Of a stretch of 33,189 nucleotides of DNA, positions 26,602 through 33,189 are shown piece after piece (the stretch's first letter is position 1; every line of letters starts with the position of its first letter). Made by a program: the position numbers and the translations under genes. The stretch is from Candidatus Dadabacteria bacterium (GTDB lineage: Bacteria > Desulfobacterota_D > UBA1144 > Nemesobacterales > CSP1-2): the NCBI GenBank assembly GCA_040289575.1, contig PSLL01000017.1:31527-64715 (forward strand), read 5' to 3'. The notes beneath the pieces are model-generated. The model was not told the origin of the DNA and ran no database searches. It was given only the letters and a program-made list of their open reading frames with translations.

Positions 26602-27381
26602 TCAACCAAGGCTCCTGAGGCCGCTTATTATTATCAGTAAGGCTATGATCAACTTGAGCGGCTTAGAGGGAACCAATGCGGTTATATAACTGCCAATCAT
26701 TACCCCCGGCAAAGAGCCAATGAGCATATTAGAGACAAGCCTGAAATCCACGGTATGTATGCCCATGTGTCCTAAAGCTGCAACCCCTGTTAAAAGAACC
26801 GCGTGTGCTATATCCGTACCTACTACGTCCTTTGGCTTCATCCCTGAAAAAAGTAGTAGAAAAAGGGCTATAACTGAACCGCTTCCTATAGACGTTATGC
26901 CGACAACGAACCCGATTATTGCCCCGAATGTAGATACAACAGCCTGGCTCTTTTGGGGATCGTCTATCTGCAATCTGCCGAGCCTGCCCTTTAATTCCTG
27001 TGATAATGTCTCACCCGTGACCATAAAAACCGATGTAAATACCAAAACGGCTCCTAACGCCCTTCTGATAAACAGGTTAGTAAAGTCAATCCCATAGTGG
27101 TTGAATAACTGATGGATTAAAAAGATTCCGGATAACGCCCCAAAGACGCTCCCCGTGCCCAGGGTTTTTACCCATCTTATATTGACTGAGCCTTGACGGT
27201 AGTGTTGGGCTGTGCCCACAATCTTTGTTATGAATCCGTAGAACAGATCGCTTCCTACAACAACGCTTGGCTCAATGCCCAGAAAGAGAAGTATTGGAGC
27301 CATTATCACCCCTCCGCCAATACCCGTTGCGCCTATAAGCACCCCTACTATTAAACCTGCAACAGCCAATTCTGTGCTCAT
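26602..27381 (-). CDS. TauE/SafE (TSUP) family sulfur-oxyanion transporter
   Basis: [19 protein letters not shown], repeated as [18 protein letters not shown]. About 8 TM segments. Confidence 0.88.
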   Translation of the reverse strand: MSTELAVAGLIVGVLIGATGIGGGVIMAPILLFLGIEPSVVVGSDLFYGFITKIVGTAQHYRQGSVNIRWVKTLGTGSVFGALSGIFLIHQLFNHYGIDFTNLFIRRALGAVLVFTSVFMVTGETLSQELKGRLGRLQIDDPQKSQAVVSTFGAIIGFVVGITSIGSGSVIALFLLLFSGMKPKDVVGTDIAHAVLLTGVAALGHMGIHTVDFRLVSNMLIGSLPGVMIGSYITALVPSKPLKLIIALLIIISGLRSLG

Positions 27382-27502
27382 TTAGTCCTTTACTGACTTT
27401 TAAAAATCGTGTTCTCCAAGACTGGGCTTATTTCTTTTGATGAGTCAAGTAACCTCATTTTTTCAAAAATGGTACATATTGAGCCTTGCTTGTTAGATTG
27501 TT

Positions 27503-27518
27503 TGCAAAGTATATGCCA
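27503..27518 (-). promoter_or_regulatory. sigma54 -24/-12 promoter of the tauE-cysC operon
   Basis: The minus strand reads TGGCAT-ATACT-TTGCA. Confidence 0.8.
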
Positions 27519-27614
27519 GAAATAAGAGGCAGGCTCAAATGCGTAACTTATTAGAAACAAGGCGCTTTATTTAAGGAGTTAAGCCGATATTCAACTTTGA
27601 ATCCTATTGTTAAC

Positions 27615-27629
27615 TGACAAAAATCGTCA
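27615..27629 (-). promoter_or_regulatory. Candidate enhancer box TGACGATTTTTGTCA (TGAC-N7-GTCA palindrome)
   Basis: About 97 bp upstream of the minus-strand sigma54 site. It is the most palindromic of the three boxes. Confidence 0.5.
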
Positions 27630-27680
27630 TTATTTAAGTTGTTAAGCCTTAGCATTAGCCAGAAAAGGAGCTAATGTCTT

Positions 27681-28718
27681 TTAATTAGAAATAAGCCCCC
27701 GTCCCCTTATATACCTGGGTCGAGAGGTAGAATACGGGTTTAAACTGAGTTCTGAGCGCTCGCCTCCGCTGAGCCTATAGAACCCAAGCGCACCGATCAT
27801 CGCTGCGTTGTCTGTACAATACTTCGGGGAAGGAATAAAAAGAGAAATCCCTTCATCTCTAAACCTTTTCCCTCCCAGTTCCCTAAGTCGTGAATTGCAT
27901 GCGACCCCGCCTGCAATTACAACAGATTCGACTCCGCTTCGTTTTGCTGCATTAAGGGTTTTCTCTATAAGCGTCTCAACAATCGCCTCCTGATAGCTCG
28001 CGCATATATTCCTTAAATTCTCATCATTCAAATCCGGGTTCTTCCTCATATAGTAGACCAGTGAAGTTTTTATCCCACTGAAGCTAAAGTCATACGAGGA
28101 AGATGTTATAAAAGGACGCGGAAAGGAAATAGATTTTGGGTCTCCTGATCTTGCAGTCCTGTCAATCTCTACTCCGCCCGGATAGCCTAAGCCGAGGAGC
28201 TTTGCCGCTTTGTCAAACGCCTCTCCCGCCGCATCATCCCTTGTCTTTCCGAGGAGTTGAGATTCTGTAAGACTCTTTACAAGATAGAGACTTGTGTGCC
28301 CGCCTGAAACCACAAGGCCTATGAATGGGAACGGAACATCATACTCGAGATAGGCGGCGGCGAGATGGGCTTCTAGATGGTCAATCCCTATGAGTGGGGT
28401 TCCAAGAGAAAACGCTATTGCCTTTGCCGTTGAGACTCCGACCATAAGGCACCCTATAAGACCCGGGCCTTGCGTCACGGCAATACCTTCAATGTCTGTG
28501 AGTTCTATCCCTGCTTTATCGAGTGCCTTTTCAATTACCGGAATTATATTCTCAATGTGTCTTCTCGATGCAAGCTCAGGGACTACACCGCCAAAATCCC
28601 TATGGATCTCTATCTGGGAAGCCACCACACTCGAGAGGACAGTTCTACCGTTTTTTATAACGGCGGCGGCTGTTTCATCACATGACGATTCTATGCCGAG
28701 TATGAGAGAAGATGCCAT
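27681..28718 (-). CDS. tsaD: tRNA N6-adenosine threonylcarbamoyltransferase
   Basis: LGIESSCDETA, GGVVPELASRRH, HLEAH, VSGGHT, DDAAGEAFDK, FSFSGIKT, CTDNAAMI. ATG 28718 is preferred. Confidence 0.97.
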   Translation of the reverse strand: MASSLILGIESSCDETAAAVIKNGRTVLSSVVASQIEIHRDFGGVVPELASRRHIENIIPVIEKALDKAGIELTDIEGIAVTQGPGLIGCLMVGVSTAKAIAFSLGTPLIGIDHLEAHLAAAYLEYDVPFPFIGLVVSGGHTSLYLVKSLTESQLLGKTRDDAAGEAFDKAAKLLGLGYPGGVEIDRTARSGDPKSISFPRPFITSSSYDFSFSGIKTSLVYYMRKNPDLNDENLRNICASYQEAIVETLIEKTLNAAKRSGVESVVIAGGVACNSRLRELGGKRFRDEGISLFIPSPKYCTDNAAMIGALGFYRLSGGERSELSLNPYSTSRPRYIRGRGLISN

Positions 28719-28799
28719 TTTTAATCTAGAACTTATTTTACACAAGTTCCCTATGTTTACAAATCGAGATAATAGGTTAGAATCAAAATAGGAGATTAA

Positions 28800-30710
<1,911 letters not shown>

Positions 30711-30713
<3 letters not shown>

Positions 30714-30750
30714 CCCCACCCATTCCCTCTCTCTTTAAGGTGGAGGGTTA
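30711..30750 (+). terminator. Imperfect hairpin after thiC (terminator-like or degenerate CCCTCTC repeat)
   Basis: TAACCC-CACC ... GGTG-GA-GGGTTA, with no clear U-tract. Confidence 0.3.
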
Positions 30751-30762
30751 CATAAAACAAAT

Positions 30763-31581
30763 ATGATTGATATTCATGTGCATTTTTTCCCTCCCGGTGT
30801 ATTTCAGGCAATCTGGCGGTATTTTGAAACCCCGACTTATGGGGACTGTGGAATGTCAAATACAAATTGCATAGCAATGAGTTTGTGGAAACACTGAGAA
30901 ATAAGGGTGTAGAGCGATTCACCTCTCTTGTGTATGCCCACAAACCGGGCTTGGCCGAGTATCTCAATGACTTCATCAGTGAATTGGCGGATCGTTTCCC
31001 TGAACTGATCCTTTCGGAACCGTTTTTATCGGTGATGGTCAATCTGAAAGGGTTGCAAGACGGATTTTCGAAGAGTATGAGTTTTTTGGAATAAAGCTCC
31101 ATCCATTCGTCTCAAAGGAAAACCTAGATGATCCTCGCTTTTTTCCGTTCTACGAGATCATGGAGGATTTGGGAAAGGTTCTTATTTGTCATCCAAGTTC
31201 AATTCCGGTGTATAAGCATACCGATGGCGCAGTTCGGCTCCGAATGGTTTTGAGCCGCTTTCCTAGATTGAATGTTGTTGTTGCCTATTGTGGGGCTTTT
31301 GAGTACGAAGACTATTGTGTGCTGGCGGATGAATTTGAATACCTTTATTTTGATACGGCTTTCAATTGCGTGCATACGGAGTTTTTTCCCAACAATTGCC
31401 CTGGAAGGGAATTTTTTTGAAATATCAGGATAGGATTCTTTTCGGTTCGGATTTCCCTAATATTCCATATGAATATTCAAACCAGGTCACAGCACTGAGG
31501 AGATTAAATCTCGGTAAGGCTGTAGAAAGAAAAATATTCAATGATAATGCACTGAACCTGCTTGGGCTGAAAGAGCCATAA
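30763..31581 (+). pseudogene. Amidohydrolase_2-family metallohydrolase, split by three -1 frameshifts
   Basis: MIDIHVHFFPP..TYG / LWNVKYKLH..FPELI / FGTVF..GIKLHPF..LICH..VVVAYCG..FDTA..REFF / LKYQDRILFGSDFPNIPY. Shifts at ~30843, ~31010 and ~31415. Confidence 0.85.
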
Positions 31582-31632
31582 TATCAGGCGTAATTTCCCT
31601 TATTATACCAATTCAATTTTCTTTCAGAGGGT

Positions 31633-31658
31633 ATTGCTTCACTTCATTCGCAATGACA
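31633..31658 (+). repeat. Half-copy related to the REP/RPE-like element at 948-976
   Basis: ATTGCTTCACTTCATTCGCAATGACA versus ATTCTTCGCTTCGCTCAGAATGACA. It lies between convergent genes. Confidence 0.55.
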
Positions 31659-31682
31659 ATTGTGATAAATAAGAGTGTGATT

Positions 31683-32843
31683 TTAAAAGGATGGACTTGG
31701 GCTCTTTTTCATATAGGGATAGAATAAAACCAAGCCCAAAGCCGATATAACACTTAGGACTCCAAAGACCCAGCCAAGTCCCATCACATCATATATGGCT
31801 CCGGCGATGAGCGGACCGATTGCCATTCCGGCGCTCATAGCAAAGTTAAAAATTGCCATAACGCTTGCCATTCCACTGTCTCTACCCTTTACCGTAACAA
31901 TAGCGTTTGTCGCTGGAAAGGAAATAGCGCTCCCCACAGCCATAACCATATTCCAGAAAAGGAGCTGCCAGAAGTTGGATGAAAACGGAATTCCAATAAG
32001 CCCCGCCGAGGCGATTATGCCACCTATTACGAGCATATTGATTCTATTTGTTTTGTCGGCGAGCCTTCCAAATGGATGCTGAAGAAGCCCCATAACAAGG
32101 ATGTTTAGCATGAGGACCGTCCCGACTTGAGATAGGCTTAGGCTTATTGACTTGGCAAAAATAGGGACGAATGTCATAAGTGAAGAGATTGTAAGCAGAT
32201 GAAGGAATCTTACGGATAAGATCACAACAAGAAGCCTGTCCTTCAGAAGCGATTTATAAGAAATAGGGTTTTTACTTTTCCTTATGATTCTGCCCCCCGG
32301 AAGCATAAAGGACGTTATAATGAGGGATGTAAGGCTGAGAATCCCCATAGAGAGGAAAGCTTCTTTATATCCAAAGAGGTCTGCAATGACCCCCCCTATA
32401 ATCGGGCCGATTGCCCATCCAACAAAAAGCGAAATCCCAAATGTTCCCAGGTATTGACCCTCTTTCCCTTCAGGAGTGATATCTCCTATATACGCGAACG
32501 CTACGGGAAGAACAAATGCGGCGGCGGCCCCGTGGAGAAGCCCGACCACTATAAGTCCGTAGACCGTTTTTGCATATATGTAACCCAGCGAAATCAGCGT
32601 ATATGCAAGAAGACCGAAAACTAAAAATGCCTTTCTACCCCTTGCATCCGATAGCTTTCCCACGGGTGGAGAAAGAATGGCTCTTGCTATGGAGATCCCT
32701 GAGTAAATAACCCCGAGTTGGAGACCCGTGGCACCAAGGGTCTTTGAATAAACCCCAAGGAGTGCGGCAATCATCCCACTCCCTATATTTGTTACAACCG
32801 AGGCAATGAATAAAACGTAAAAGACCCTTTTTGGTTTGTTCAT
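31683..32843 (-). CDS. MFS transporter (DHA1-like)
   Basis: Motif A GKLSDARGRK, second-half GRLADKTNR, GWAIGPIIGG, about 12 TM segments. ATG 32843 is preferred. Confidence 0.92.
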   Translation of the reverse strand: MNKPKRVFYVLFIASVVTNIGSGMIAALLGVYSKTLGATGLQLGVIYSGISIARAILSPPVGKLSDARGRKAFLVFGLLAYTLISLGYIYAKTVYGLIVVGLLHGAAAAFVLPVAFAYIGDITPEGKEGQYLGTFGISLFVGWAIGPIIGGVIADLFGYKEAFLSMGILSLTSLIITSFMLPGGRIIRKSKNPISYKSLLKDRLLVVILSVRFLHLLTISSLMTFVPIFAKSISLSLSQVGTVLMLNILVMGLLQHPFGRLADKTNRINMLVIGGIIASAGLIGIPFSSNFWQLLFWNMVMAVGSAISFPATNAIVTVKGRDSGMASVMAIFNFAMSAGMAIGPLIAGAIYDVMGLGWVFGVLSVISALGLVLFYPYMKKSPSPSF

Positions 32844-33189
32844 GTAAAGGTTAGAAAATATAACATATTTGGTATGGATAGGAAAGGCTTTTAGAGAAAA
32901 CAATAGTAGTTGTGGATGAAAATGAATTATTCACCTGTGTCGTAAGTATTCTGAATTTTATCATTTTGTATTCATGACCTTAACTGTATATTATATCATG
33001 CCTGCTTAAAGGCTGCGGAATGTTAGCCTATTATGAAATCTTGGGTGTATTAAGATGGTTTGCTAATCATGGCTGATAATTCCCTAAGTAAATGTCAATA
33101 CAAAGAGAAAATGTCACCTGTAAGTAGATTCTCAGGGGGGGTAGAGTATTAGCTTTAATATTTTTTGGTTCATTAGAACTAAGTCCTTT

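Noticed and set aside
27470..27490. Plus-strand sigma54-like TGGTAC...TTGCT
   Set aside because: The spacer is 10 nt rather than 5, and no plus-strand gene follows.
32904..33189. Possible ncRNA or small ORF upstream of the MFS gene
   Set aside because: AT-rich with no convincing ORF, tRNA fold or riboswitch core; most likely promoter DNA cut by the window edge.

Overview
Bacterial window, probably from a diderm (TolC, membrane fusion protein, sigma54-type sites); I cannot assign the taxon from sequence alone. Left to right it has four parts. (1) 1-3283: partial hemY/hemG, a DUF3891-like gene and glcF, separated by palindromic repeats. (2) ~3370-5580: a decaying toxin-antitoxin patch with a frameshifted PIN toxin and intact partner, a Phd-like fragment, two fused gene remnants, and an intact MNT gene with a frameshifted HEPN gene. 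(3) 5701-27381: a ~22 kb glycan cluster with a Wzx flippase, two paralogous AlkP/NPP-superfamily enzymes, TolC and a distant MFP, two paralogous secreted GH-A-like barrels, a PAPS-dependent sulfotransferase, a full GDP-heptose pathway (hddA-gmhA-gmhB-hddC), a TM+TPR protein, a GT-C enzyme with tandem sugar-binding domains, a GT4, cysC and a TauE/TSUP transporter. (4) tsaD, thiC, a frameshifted amidohydrolase and an MFS transporter. The main unannotated signal is regulatory. Three sigma54 (-24/-12) promoters lie in the glycan cluster, each preceded ~80-120 bp upstream by a shared 15-bp pseudo-palindrome (TGACGATTTTTGTCA-like). One of them drives a c-di-GMP-I (GEMM) riboswitch with a readable anti-SD expression platform. 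Best candidate novel system (inference): a sigma54- and c-di-GMP-controlled pathway for a sulfated, heptose-containing surface or matrix glycan, with no recognisable Wzy/Wzc/Wza and with TolC/MFP plus a GT-C in their place.
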